A stretch of DNA of 64,000 bases from an uncultured Acetobacteraceae bacterium (lineage in GTDB: Bacteria > Pseudomonadota > Alphaproteobacteria > Acetobacterales > Acetobacteraceae). The translations under genes were made by a program, and so were the position numbers. The notes below the pieces were generated by a model. It did not search any database. It worked only from the letters and a program-made list of their open reading frames with translations, and had not been told where the DNA came from. The stretch is from NCBI GenBank assembly GCA_964246925.1, contig CAXTSH010000001.1, forward strand, positions 15,348-79,347. The letters run 5' to 3'. Positions 52,110 to 61,420 of the stretch are shown here, one piece after another. Position 1 is the stretch's first letter. Each line of letters starts with the position of its first letter.

Positions 52110-53332
52110 GAGGCTTCCACGCGATCCCCGCCCGGCACCGGCAGCGTCCGCTCGTAACGACCGAGATAGGGCATCAGAACAAGGAAATGGAAGAACCACC
52201 ACAGCGTCGCCAGCCGGGCCACCGGCATCCATAGTCCCGACGTCTGTTCGCTCCCGGCGAGCGACAGCAGCAGCACGTCCGCAATCAACACGAACATGGC
52301 GGCCCGGTAGCGAGGCCGGTAGCGCGCGGATCGCACCGGCGATGAGTCCAGCCAGGGCACCGCGAACAACAACAGCACCGACCCGATCGACAGCATCACA
52401 CCACCAATACCCGGGATCGCCCGCAGGACCGCATAGAAGGGCAGGAAATACCAGGCCGGCGCGATCGAGGCCGGCGTCGAGGCCGGATTGGCGGGGATAA
52501 AGTTGTCGTTCTGCGTCAACGCCATCGGAAAGAAGAAGGCGAGCACGGCAAACACCAGCAGGAACTGCAGCATTGCGATCAGCGACTTGCCGGTATGGTG
52601 GGGATGGAACGGCGCCATCTGAGCCGGCGGCAGCTCAACCCCAGTCGGATTATTCGAACCCACCACATGCAACGCCGCCACATGCAGCCCCACCACGCCG
52701 AGCGTCAACAGGCCCAACAGAAAATGAAAGGCATACGCCCGGTGCAGCGCTGCGGCACCCACCGTGTCGCCGCCCTGCAGCCAGTGCGCGATGCCGGGTC
52801 CCATGCCTGGCACCGCCGCGATCGCGTTCGAACTCACGACGGCGCCCCAGTACGACATCTGTCCCCAGGGCAGCACGTAGCCCAGGAACCCGCACACGAT
52901 CACGACCGAAAGCAGCAGCATGCCGGTCAACCACACGAGCTCACGCGGCCGCTTGAACGACCCGTAATAGAGCGATCGCCAGGTGTGAATGTAGAGAAGC
53001 GCGAAGATCAGGGTGGCACCGGCCTGATGGACCGAACGCAACAGCCAGCCCCAGTTCAGATGCCGGTCGATCTCCTCGACGCTGGCGAATGCCTGCGCGG
53101 GGTCGGGCGTGTAGGCGATTGTGAGAAAGAAGCCGGTCAGCACGAGCACGACCAGCGTCACGGTCACGAACGCGCCGATGTTCCACAGGAACGTCAGGTT
53201 GCGGGGCACCGGAAAGCGGACGTACTCGCGCTCGAACAGCGAGATGATGGGCAGCCGCTGGTCGATCCAACCGGCGACAGGACCGCGCGTCGGGTGCGTG
53301 GCGATCATTGTCTCGGTCGACTGGCCGTCCAT
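52106..53332 (-). CDS. petB: Cytochrome b
   Basis: 408 aa. NLTFLWNIGAF, RSVHQAGATLIF, YVLPWGQMSYWGA, PAWYFLPFYAVLRA. Confidence 0.9.
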   Translation of the reverse strand: MDGQSTETMIATHPTRGPVAGWIDQRLPIISLFEREYVRFPVPRNLTFLWNIGAFVTVTLVVLVLTGFFLTIAYTPDPAQAFASVEEIDRHLNWGWLLRSVHQAGATLIFALLYIHTWRSLYYGSFKRPRELVWLTGMLLLSVVIVCGFLGYVLPWGQMSYWGAVVSSNAIAAVPGMGPGIAHWLQGGDTVGAAALHRAYAFHFLLGLLTLGVVGLHVAALHVVGSNNPTGVELPPAQMAPFHPHHTGKSLIAMLQFLLVFAVLAFFFPMALTQNDNFIPANPASTPASIAPAWYFLPFYAVLRAIPGIGGVMLSIGSVLLLFAVPWLDSSPVRSARYRPRYRAAMFVLIADVLLLSLAGSEQTSGLWMPVARLATLWWFFHFLVLMPYLGRYERTLPVPGGDRVEAS

Positions 53333-53476
53333 TGAAACTCCTTCAGCACTGCGCGGTCCGGCTGCAGCCGGAGATTAGGGTTCGCTCCCACGCATCGCAA
53401 CGCCGGGACGGCGTGCATGCCGGCGTCTGGCAGCAACCCGCTCAGTGCGCGCTGAAGACAGCGCCATTCTCAACCC

Positions 53477-53932
53477 ATGCCCATGCCCATGCACGAAACG
53501 CACGAAGATCGCCTACTTGCAGAGATGCTCATGCTCGCGCGCCGCCATTACGGCCTCAAACCAGCTCATGGCGAGCCGTTCGAGCATCCCCTGGTCGACA
53601 TCGAGCGCATTACCAGGTTGCGCGCCATTGCCGGGGACCCTTACCACAAGACGGTGTTCGGCAACCTGTCGACATCCGAAATGATGCGCGTCTGCGCCTT
53701 GCACCTGATTGAAAACCGCGACTTCCGCCGCGCCGCCACGGTGCTGAAGGAGATGGAGCGCACCGAGGCGGCGAAGGCGAAAGCGCGACCCAGGGAGACC
53801 TCTGCCCGCACATCTGAGGCGAGCGAACCCGAACCGCTCACCCCCTACCAGGCCCACATGCGCAGCCTGTCGGACCGCGAACTCGCCCGGCAGCTCCAGG
53901 CCACCCGGTCCAAGGGCCGAGCCCGCCGCTGA
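53477..53932 (+). CDS. Hypothetical protein
   Basis: 151 aa. Reasonable composition, with a charged C-terminal tail. No motif recognised. Confidence 0.4.
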   Translation: MPMPMHETHEDRLLAEMLMLARRHYGLKPAHGEPFEHPLVDIERITRLRAIAGDPYHKTVFGNLSTSEMMRVCALHLIENRDFRRAATVLKEMERTEAAKAKARPRETSARTSEASEPEPLTPYQAHMRSLSDRELARQLQATRSKGRARR

Positions 53933-54032
53933 CAAGGCCGTCCCGAACGGCGTCCCCGTCAACTCACCTGCTTGGCCCGCCGCCGGCTCACCCCCGCTTG
54001 TCGCGCCTCCGGCGGGAGGGCAGTCTCGCGCC

Positions 54033-54893
54033 GTGTCCGAACCCCATTCCGCCCTCCGCGGTCCCGCCAGAGCTTGGTTCGAGCTCCTTCGGGACCGGGT
54101 CTGCGCCGCCCTCGAGCGTCTCGAAGCCGAGGCCGGCTCGCAGGCCCGCTTCGAGCGGCATCCCTGGACCCGCCCCACCGAGGACGGCACCGATGGCGGC
54201 GGGGGCGTGATTGCCATGTTGCATGGTGCGGTCTTCGAGAAGGTGGGCGTCAACGTGTCCACCGTATGGGGGACCTTCTCCCCCGAGTTCGCGGCCCAGA
54301 TTCCCGGCGCCGAGGATGACCCACGCTTCTGGGCCTCGGGCATCAGCCTGGTCGGCCATCCCAAGAATCCCTGGGCCCCGACCGCGCACATGAACACCCG
54401 CCTGCTCATCACCACGCGTGGCTGGTTCGGTGGCGGCGGCGACATCTCGCCGATGCTGATCGACACGCAGGAGGCGGCCGAGGACGCCGCCCTCTTTCAC
54501 GCGAGTTTCCGCCAGGCCTGCGACGCCCACGATCCCGCTTACTACGATCGCTTCTCCGCCTGGTGCGACCGCTACTTCACCCTGCCGCATCGCGGCGAGC
54601 GACGCGGCCTGGGCGGCATCTTCTACGACCATCACGACACTGGGGATGCCGAGGCCGATTTCGCGTTCACCCGCGACGTCGGCTCCGCCTTCCTCGACGC
54701 CTATCCCGCCATCATCCGCCGTCGCCATGCGGCACCCTTTACCGATGCCGAGCGCAACACCCAGCTTGCTCGCCGCGGCCGCTATGTCGAGTTCAACCTG
54801 CTACACGACCGCGGCACGCTGTTCGGCTTGCGCACCGGCGGCAACATCGAGGCCATTCTGATGAGCTTGCCTCCACTCGCCGCGTGGCCATAG
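54033..54893 (+). CDS. hemF: Oxygen-dependent coproporphyrinogen III oxidase
   Basis: 286 aa. GGGGVIAMLHGAVFEKVGVNVS, HPKNPWAPTAHMNTR, GGGGDISP, RGRYVEFNLLHDRGTLFGL. Confidence 0.9.
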   Translation: MSEPHSALRGPARAWFELLRDRVCAALERLEAEAGSQARFERHPWTRPTEDGTDGGGGVIAMLHGAVFEKVGVNVSTVWGTFSPEFAAQIPGAEDDPRFWASGISLVGHPKNPWAPTAHMNTRLLITTRGWFGGGGDISPMLIDTQEAAEDAALFHASFRQACDAHDPAYYDRFSAWCDRYFTLPHRGERRGLGGIFYDHHDTGDAEADFAFTRDVGSAFLDAYPAIIRRRHAAPFTDAERNTQLARRGRYVEFNLLHDRGTLFGLRTGGNIEAILMSLPPLAAWP

Positions 54894-54899
54894 CGTCGC

Positions 54900-56024
54900 G
54901 TGATGTCGTCGGGTGAGGGACGCGGCTGGACTGCCACGCGACGGGAGGCGTGCGCTCTCGCGCTGGGTCTGATCGCGAGACCGACGGGCGCACTCTCGCA
55001 GACGGTTCATGCCGGCGACGAGGCGGACCTGGCCGGAATGCCGCAAGCCGGCGCCACGCTTCTCGTCGGTGGACCGCCGGACGGGACCGCCAGTGAATTT
55101 GCGACCCTTCTCGCCCCGTTGCTCGGCCCGGCCCTCCTGGGGCCTGCACCGGGCGTGCCGCATCCCGAAGGCCGCCTTGCGCTCGACGCGACCGGTGGCC
55201 TCGACGGCGTCACTGCCGCCAACGAGTTCGAGGCCCGCGCCAACCCGGATGGCTCAACCGCGCTGATGATACCGGGTGCTGCCGCACTGGCCTGGCTAGC
55301 CGGCGATCCACGTGTGCATTTCGACGCCGGCCTCTGGGTCCCGGCACTGGTCGCCATCGCTCCGGCCGTTCTCGTCGGCCGGACGCCGCTGGAACGGCTG
55401 CCGATCGGCGCATCCCTGCGCCTTGCCGCCTCCAGTCCTGCGGGTGCCGATCTCCCGGCCCTGCTCGGCTTGGAACTGATCCGCCTCCGGGCCGATCCCG
55501 TCTTCAACATGCGCCTGCAAGCCGATCAGGAAGCGGCACTGCGCGACCGCTCGGTCGACGCCATCCTGCTGACCGGTCGCGGCGTTCCGCAGCGCCTCGA
55601 ACGTCTGCAGACCGGGGGCTTCACGCCGTTGTTCGCACTCGGGCGTTCGGACGCAGCGGTCGGTGCCCGCGATCCCGCCCTGCCCCATGTCGAAACGCTG
55701 GATGAACTCGTTGAACGCTTCTACGGCCATGAGCCGCGCGGACCCCTCGCACCTGCCTATCGTGCCAGTGCGGCCGCTGCCCAGCTCGATGCGGCCCTGG
55801 TGCTGCCCCAGCTCGCACCGGCCGGGACCGTGGCCCGCTGGCGCGCCGCCTGCAACGAGGCCAGCGCCTCGCCAGCCCTCCAATCGGCAACCAGCGAACA
55901 GTCGCTGCGCCCGCTCGCGGCGCCCGATTGCGTGACCGCGGTCAGCGCGGTGCTTGCCGGCCAAACGGCCATGCTTGATCTGCATCGCTTCCTCGCCGAC
56001 CGGTACGGCTGGCATCCCGCCTGA
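54900..56024 (+). CDS. Periplasmic protein, possibly a distant Bug/TctC-like solute-binding fold
   Basis: 374 aa. Tat-like/signal N-terminus (TRREACALALGLIARPTGALSQ). Only weak by-eye resemblance to tripartite tricarboxylate receptor proteins. Confidence 0.4.
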   Translation: MMSSGEGRGWTATRREACALALGLIARPTGALSQTVHAGDEADLAGMPQAGATLLVGGPPDGTASEFATLLAPLLGPALLGPAPGVPHPEGRLALDATGGLDGVTAANEFEARANPDGSTALMIPGAAALAWLAGDPRVHFDAGLWVPALVAIAPAVLVGRTPLERLPIGASLRLAASSPAGADLPALLGLELIRLRADPVFNMRLQADQEAALRDRSVDAILLTGRGVPQRLERLQTGGFTPLFALGRSDAAVGARDPALPHVETLDELVERFYGHEPRGPLAPAYRASAAAAQLDAALVLPQLAPAGTVARWRAACNEASASPALQSATSEQSLRPLAAPDCVTAVSAVLAGQTAMLDLHRFLADRYGWHPA

Positions 56025-57107
56025 TCAGGCGGGACTGATCGGTCCCTTCTGGTCGCCCACCCACTCGCGCCACAACAGGATCAGCGCCGCCATGATCGCT
56101 GGTCCCACAAACAGGCCTAGCAGCCCCCACGCTTCAATCCCGCCCAGGATGCCGAACAGGACCCACAGGAACGGCAGCCTGGTGGCACTTCCGATCAGCG
56201 TCGGGCGGATGAAATGGTCGGCGGTGAACGTCACCGCGAGCCCGATCACCACGACGATGATCGCCGCCACGGTCCTGCCCGTCACCAGCAGCACCGCACC
56301 GGCGAGACAGAAGGCGATCCCGGCGCCGAACGGGATCATCGACAGGATTGCGGTAAACAAGCCGAAGATCGTCGGGTGCGGCACGCCCGCAAACACGTAC
56401 ACGATGCCGAGCAGTACGCCCTCGCCCAGTCCCACCAGCACCAACCCGTCGACGGTGCCGTGCACGGAGGCCACGATCTGTCGCCCGACCGTCTCGCCCG
56501 GCGGTCCGAACGCGCGCCTGCTCGCAAGCAGCATGCGGTCGTTGAGACGCCTGCCGTCACGGAACAGAAAGAACAGCGTCAGCAGCGTGAAGCCGAACAG
56601 CACCAGGCGGTGCAGCACCTGCGAGCCGACATGGCCGCCCACGCTGACAAACCTGCCCTGGAACGCACGCCCGAGCAGTGCGGAGGCCTGCTGCGGGTCG
56701 CTGAGATTTTGCTGCCAAAGCGGCACCAGGTGGGAGGCGAACGGCATTCCCTGTACGAAAGAGGGCACCGGCACTCCGACGCGGCGGGCCTGGTTGACCC
56801 ATTCCACGATATCCCGTCCCTCGCGCTCCAGAGGGACGGCGATGAACGCCAGCGGCAGGATGAACACCAGAAGCACCAGCAGCGTGAAGGCCAGCGGCAG
56901 CATCAGGTGCGCGCGCTTCGGCCATCGCCGCGCCGCGCGCTTGTAGAGCGGCCAGATTGCGATGGCGAAGATCACCGCCCAGGCAATCGCCGGCAGGAAG
57001 TCGTTGAGCGTGAACAGCCCCAACGCGACCAGGATCAGCGCCGCGATGATGCTCGCGGTCCGCTGCGGCCGGGTCATCGGCGAAACTGCGTCGGTGGTCA
57101 CGTCCAT
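56025..57107 (-). CDS. AI-2E family transporter (PerM/YhhT-like)
   Basis: 360 aa polytopic. LPAIAWAVIFAIAIWPLY, FGAGIAF, GGIEAWGLLGLFVGP. Confidence 0.85.
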   Translation of the reverse strand: MDVTTDAVSPMTRPQRTASIIAALILVALGLFTLNDFLPAIAWAVIFAIAIWPLYKRAARRWPKRAHLMLPLAFTLLVLLVFILPLAFIAVPLEREGRDIVEWVNQARRVGVPVPSFVQGMPFASHLVPLWQQNLSDPQQASALLGRAFQGRFVSVGGHVGSQVLHRLVLFGFTLLTLFFLFRDGRRLNDRMLLASRRAFGPPGETVGRQIVASVHGTVDGLVLVGLGEGVLLGIVYVFAGVPHPTIFGLFTAILSMIPFGAGIAFCLAGAVLLVTGRTVAAIIVVVIGLAVTFTADHFIRPTLIGSATRLPFLWVLFGILGGIEAWGLLGLFVGPAIMAALILLWREWVGDQKGPISPA

Positions 57108-57138
57108 CCCAGGTTCCTAGCACCTTGGCACAGGAAGG

Positions 57139-57177
57139 CCAGGGCTTTGACCCTGGACCCGGTGAAGGCAGAGCCTT
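57139..57177 (-). terminator. Two hairpins (CCAGGG-ctttga-CCCTGG; AAGGC-aga-GCCTT) downstream of porin gene 57247..58737
   Basis: Read directly. REP-like family members. Confidence 0.4.
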
Positions 57178-57246
57178 TGCAGACCAATGACTTAGAAATG
57201 CGAGGCGGTTTTCGGACGGAGCCCCGAACGTCTGTTTCCGGAGCCT

Positions 57247-58737
57247 CTAGAAATTGATGTTGGTGCGGAAACCGAGCACCGCCGCATCCGGCGTATTCGT
57301 CGTCGCACCCGGGCGGATGATGTACTGGAAGTCTGGGACAAACGTCACGCCATGGTAGATGTTCGCGACGTAGTCCAGCTCAACCACGTCCTCGGTGTTC
57401 TGCGGCCCATAGGCCTCGCCGAAGCCGTCGATGTTGAAGGGCAGCGTCTGACCCTGCTCCAGCGCGATCTCCTCGGCCCGGGTGAACTGCCCACTCATCT
57501 CGATCCAGTTGAACGAAACCCCGACCGTGTCCTGCGGGCGACCCCAATACGAACCGGTTGTTGTCGAAGCGACAAAGGCGTGCTGAGCCAGCGGACTCAC
57601 CGCGTCGGTCGCGTGCACCCAGCCGCCGAGCACGATGATCCCGTCGGTGTCGGCCTTGCCCTGGCGAACCAGCATCTGGTCGAACAGGACATACTCGTCG
57701 TCGCGGTCCTGGCTGGCCAGGGTGCCGCCATAGATCAGTTGCGGCACGCCTTGCCTGTTGTTGAGCACGTCGGCGTATCTGTGCGTGTCGCGGTCGTAGC
57801 CGACCTTGTAATGGCCGATCAGGTGCTGCGGACCGAAACTCGGCACCCATCCGAGTTCGACCGGGATCGAGATCCCTGACTTCTTCGAGTCCGCCCAAGC
57901 CCAGCCGGAGATGCCACCACCGCCGGTCCCAAAGTCGGGGTCGGTCTGGAAAGCGCCCACCATGACGTAGATCAGCGGCGTGACGAGATAACGGACCTGG
58001 GCGCCCAGTGTCGCCTGCGGCCAGTCGAGCTCGCCGGGATAGTTCGGCAACGGGTGCGGGTTGCCGCAGAACAGCACGTTGATGAAGTCGCAGTAGAGCG
58101 GCGAGGAGGCGAAATAGGTCCCGACCGGCAGCCAGCCTGCGGCCAGATCGATCCGGTCATGCTGCAGCGACTTCTCGAAGTAGTCATAGACGCTGTGGGC
58201 GATCACGTTGCCGCCACCGCCATAGATTTCCTGGGTCGTCGCGAGGTCGTCGCCGATCGTTCCGACCGAACCGTTGGTTCCTGAGCGCTGGACCGTCATC
58301 GTGTGCAGGGCGAAACCATTCAGACCGAACAGCTTGCCGAGGTCGACGTCGACCTCGAGACCGATCTGACCGGCATAGGCAAATCCCTGGCTGCGGCCGC
58401 CGGTGACGTTCCCGGTGTTTTCCGTCAGGTAGTCCAGGTCGACCTCAAGCCCGTGATTGTGAAGCCAGGTCTGCGCGCCCCCCCAATCGCCGAACAGATG
58501 ATCGGAGCCGAAGGGGGAGCCGAACAGCGCGCCCAGCCCTGGCTGTGCGATCTGCTGGCTTGGCCCGGCGGCAAAGCCGGTGTTCGGCACCTGGGCGTTC
58601 GCGTTGATCGGCGCCGAGGGCGGCACGCCGGACACTGCCTGCTGCGCGAGCGAAGGGGAGGTCGCCAGCAGATAAACCGCGGCGGCCAGTCCGGCCAGTG
58701 CTCGGCAGTTCAGACGGTCGGGAGCGACATGCCGCAT
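57247..58737 (-). CDS. OprB-family (carbohydrate-selective) porin
   Basis: 496 aa. Signal peptide LAGLAAAVYLLATSPSLAQQ. LFGDWGGAQTWLHNHG, DLDYLTENTGNVTGG, terminal GFRTNINF. Confidence 0.8.
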   Translation of the reverse strand: MRHVAPDRLNCRALAGLAAAVYLLATSPSLAQQAVSGVPPSAPINANAQVPNTGFAAGPSQQIAQPGLGALFGSPFGSDHLFGDWGGAQTWLHNHGLEVDLDYLTENTGNVTGGRSQGFAYAGQIGLEVDVDLGKLFGLNGFALHTMTVQRSGTNGSVGTIGDDLATTQEIYGGGGNVIAHSVYDYFEKSLQHDRIDLAAGWLPVGTYFASSPLYCDFINVLFCGNPHPLPNYPGELDWPQATLGAQVRYLVTPLIYVMVGAFQTDPDFGTGGGGISGWAWADSKKSGISIPVELGWVPSFGPQHLIGHYKVGYDRDTHRYADVLNNRQGVPQLIYGGTLASQDRDDEYVLFDQMLVRQGKADTDGIIVLGGWVHATDAVSPLAQHAFVASTTTGSYWGRPQDTVGVSFNWIEMSGQFTRAEEIALEQGQTLPFNIDGFGEAYGPQNTEDVVELDYVANIYHGVTFVPDFQYIIRPGATTNTPDAAVLGFRTNINF

Positions 58738-58925
58738 CGTTTGCTCCGGGGCATTGATCGTCAGGCCATAAAGGATCGGAACTACTCAGTCTGGTGAACG
58801 ATGCGAGTGAATTCTGCCCTTGTTACGTCGGATGCTCGGCCGCATGGCATATCGGCAACGGAGCCTGCTTCCGGCCGGGTCTGAGCGCCGCTGGAGACCC
58901 GCGTCGTCCGGCACGCCGGACCAAA

Positions 58926-59387
58926 TCAGTCGATCGCGGCGCGGGTGTTCCGTGGCAGCGGGCGAAGGCTGTAGAGCGCGATCTCGCCCTGCGTCAGCCT
59001 GCGTCCGACGTAGGCCGACGTCGGCTCCAGCCACCCGTTCGACGCGAGCGCATACTGGTTGATCTCGCTCGACAACGCGTCGTGGAGATAGATGATCGAT
59101 TGCTTCTGCCCGTGATAGTCCTTCGCCTCCCGCGTCCAGGTTCCGGACCAGCTGCTCAGGCTGGTGTCCAACCCGAATAATGTTCCCTGGATCTGCGTGG
59201 AGATGGCATATCTCCCGGACGTCGCCCCAGGTGTTCCGTAAAGCGTGAGGCTCACGATCTCCGGCGTGGACGGCCAGGGTCCGGGCGGTTCGCCCTGCCA
59301 GGAGCCGAGAACCGGACCGGTCGGAGCCGCGGCGCAGGACGTGAGCGACAGTCCCAGGATCAGGGCGGTTCGCGCCAGCGGCGTCAT
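58926..59387 (-). CDS. Lipoprotein of unknown function
   Basis: 153 aa. Lipobox LSLTSC. Confidence 0.55.
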   Translation of the reverse strand: MTPLARTALILGLSLTSCAAAPTGPVLGSWQGEPPGPWPSTPEIVSLTLYGTPGATSGRYAISTQIQGTLFGLDTSLSSWSGTWTREAKDYHGQKQSIIYLHDALSSEINQYALASNGWLEPTSAYVGRRLTQGEIALYSLRPLPRNTRAAID

Positions 59388-59629
59388 GAACGGGGGACAG
59401 TGGCGGAGTCGGAAGGCTGCGATCCACGACCGGTCGCGGACGAAGAGTTTTCCGTGCGCTCGTGCACTTGCCGGCGCGTTCGGGTTGCGTTCCTGTGCTT
59501 CGGTAGCGGTGTCGCGACCTGCTCGCTTGAGTATAGACCGCTGCCGCCAGCGTTCATCTGTGCGTGGGCGGACGGCATGGCGACCGCGACGGCGAGCGCC
59601 AGCATGGGAAGCAAAAGAGAAGTCTTCAT
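59384..59629 (-). CDS. Small secreted protein (81 aa)
   Basis: Started at ATG 59629 (MKTSLLLPMLALAVAVAMPSAHAQ), GAGG upstream. 4-nt overlap with the downstream lipoprotein gene. Confidence 0.45.
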   Translation of the reverse strand: MKTSLLLPMLALAVAVAMPSAHAQMNAGGSGLYSSEQVATPLPKHRNATRTRRQVHERTENSSSATGRGSQPSDSATVPRS

Positions 59630-59730
59630 CGAGACCTCACAGGAAACGCCGGTCTTTGGCCGGCTTGCCTGCAAGATGTGTTCACGCAGGGAACGCGGTT
59701 CAACGGGACCGCGATCATATGCCGGCGATA

Positions 59731-61269
59731 TCAGAAGAACACGAGGTGGGTCTTGAAGCCGAGGAAGGCGGCGTCGGGCAAGTTATCCTGGGCGTTCGGC
59801 CGGATGTAGTACTGGAAGTCCGGGGCGAACGTGAAGCCACGGAAGACGTGGATCGCATAGTTCAGCTCGAAATCCATCGTCCAGGTCTGGATGCCGCTGG
59901 CGCCGTTGTAATATTCGGCAACGGGGAGGCCTTCCTCGATGTCGATGGCCTGTGTCTTGCCGGCGTATCCGGAGATGCGCTGATAGTTGATCAGGGCGTT
60001 GATCTGGTCCAGCGGACGCGCCTTCCAGAAGTCGAGATCCTGCACGCCGACGAAAATCTGATCCGTATAGATCGCCGCATTGCTGGTCGGATCGTTATGG
60101 TCATAACCACCCAGAACGACGACACCATCACCGCCGCCAGGCCCGTTGCGCAGGATCATCTGATCGAAGAGGGCATAGGCCGAGGTCGAGCCATGGTCGG
60201 TTCTCGGCGGCAGCCCGGTCAGAGCGAACGGAGCGCCGTTGATGTCGAAGTAATTGTCCGGGTGAGGATTATTGTCGTAGATGAAGCCGAGCTTGTAGTG
60301 GCCTGGCATATGCTGCGGTCCAAAACTCGGCTCCCAGCCGATCTCGACGGGGAACGCTTCGCCCGATATGTAGGAGGTGTCGAAGTTAAAGCCGGTTCTA
60401 TAGTTCTCGGCGTAGTTGTAGATATTGCTGTTGGTGAAGAAGATGCCGCTCTGGACGTAATAGTCCGGCAGCGGCCGGATCGTCACGTTGAAGGCCCAAT
60501 TCGCGTCGGGGTAGGACGAATGGGAAATGTTGTCCGTCAAGCCTTTCGGGTTTCCGCAGAGCGAGTTGTTTTCGAAGGCGCAGTAGAGCGGCGAGGCCAT
60601 GTAGTAGTTGTCGAGCGGAATACGGCCGAAGGTCACGTCGAACTTGCCGCCAGCCAGTGTTTCTTCACCGAAGGCCTCCACCAGGTGGACGACGACATTG
60701 CCGCCGGCGCCGTAGATTTCCTGGCTCGGGTTGAGGTTGTCGCCGATCAGGTTGCTGGCCGGAGCGCCGCCGTAACGGCCAACCACGATGGTATGGGTCG
60801 AGAACCCGGTGATCCCGGCCAGCTTTTCCCAGTTTACGTCAGTCTCGAAGCCGTATTGCCCGTCGAGCGAGGCGCCACCCTCGGTCTTGCCGGTGCCTTT
60901 AGGGATCGGACCGCCGCCGCCGGTGATGTTGCCCGAGAACTCGTCGACGGTGTCAAAGATGACCGCGATGCCGTGATCGGTCAGGAAAGGTCGCAGGCCA
61001 AAGAGATCCGGCAGCAGCGATTGAGCGAAATCCGGAAGCGGCGGTTCGCTGCTGGCAGGTTTGGGCGGCAGCGGCGTGTTGACCGCCTGGCTGGAACCCA
61101 ATCCCGAGGCGCCGCTCTGCACTCCTCCGACACCGTTGTCCGACGTCGTCGACGTCTGCGCAACGGCGGCAAAGCCGGGAAAGCTGGCCATCGCCAGGAT
61201 GACGAGAAACGCCGCCAAGCTCCGCCTTGCGGCCGGACAGCGTCGTCGCGATGGAGAATCGTCAGCCAT
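59731..61269 (-). CDS. OprB-family porin (tandem paralogue A)
   Basis: Started at ATG 61269 (MADDSPSRRRCPAARRSLAAFLVILAMASFPGFAAVAQ). LFGLRPFLTDHGIAVIFDTVDEF..., terminal GFKTHLVFF. Confidence 0.8.
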   Translation of the reverse strand: MADDSPSRRRCPAARRSLAAFLVILAMASFPGFAAVAQTSTTSDNGVGGVQSGASGLGSSQAVNTPLPPKPASSEPPLPDFAQSLLPDLFGLRPFLTDHGIAVIFDTVDEFSGNITGGGGPIPKGTGKTEGGASLDGQYGFETDVNWEKLAGITGFSTHTIVVGRYGGAPASNLIGDNLNPSQEIYGAGGNVVVHLVEAFGEETLAGGKFDVTFGRIPLDNYYMASPLYCAFENNSLCGNPKGLTDNISHSSYPDANWAFNVTIRPLPDYYVQSGIFFTNSNIYNYAENYRTGFNFDTSYISGEAFPVEIGWEPSFGPQHMPGHYKLGFIYDNNPHPDNYFDINGAPFALTGLPPRTDHGSTSAYALFDQMILRNGPGGGDGVVVLGGYDHNDPTSNAAIYTDQIFVGVQDLDFWKARPLDQINALINYQRISGYAGKTQAIDIEEGLPVAEYYNGASGIQTWTMDFELNYAIHVFRGFTFAPDFQYYIRPNAQDNLPDAAFLGFKTHLVFF

Positions 61270-61384
61270 ATCCTGTCCCTGCGAGCGTCTTGCCCCGGTT
61301 GCACCCAGGTGGAAGTTCGATCCCGGTGCGGCGCGAGAGGCGTTGCCGTAAGAAGCGGCATGGCGCCGTGGACCAGAAAGCCAA

Positions 61385-61410
61385 CTCGCGGCACCGTGCG
61401 GCGCCGCGAG
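61385..61410 (-). terminator. Hairpin CTCGCGGC-N10-GCCGCGAG downstream of porin paralogue B
   Basis: Read directly. On the minus strand it is followed by TTGGCTTTC. Confidence 0.4.
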
Positions 61411-61420
61411 TCTCGGATGA

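Noticed and set aside
53333-54466. Possible Rieske (petA) gene upstream of petB, including minus-strand ORF 53513..54466
   Set aside because: No CxH...CxxH [2Fe-2S] motifs appear in any minus-strand frame. The long ORF is antisense to hemF and to the 53477..53932 ORF.
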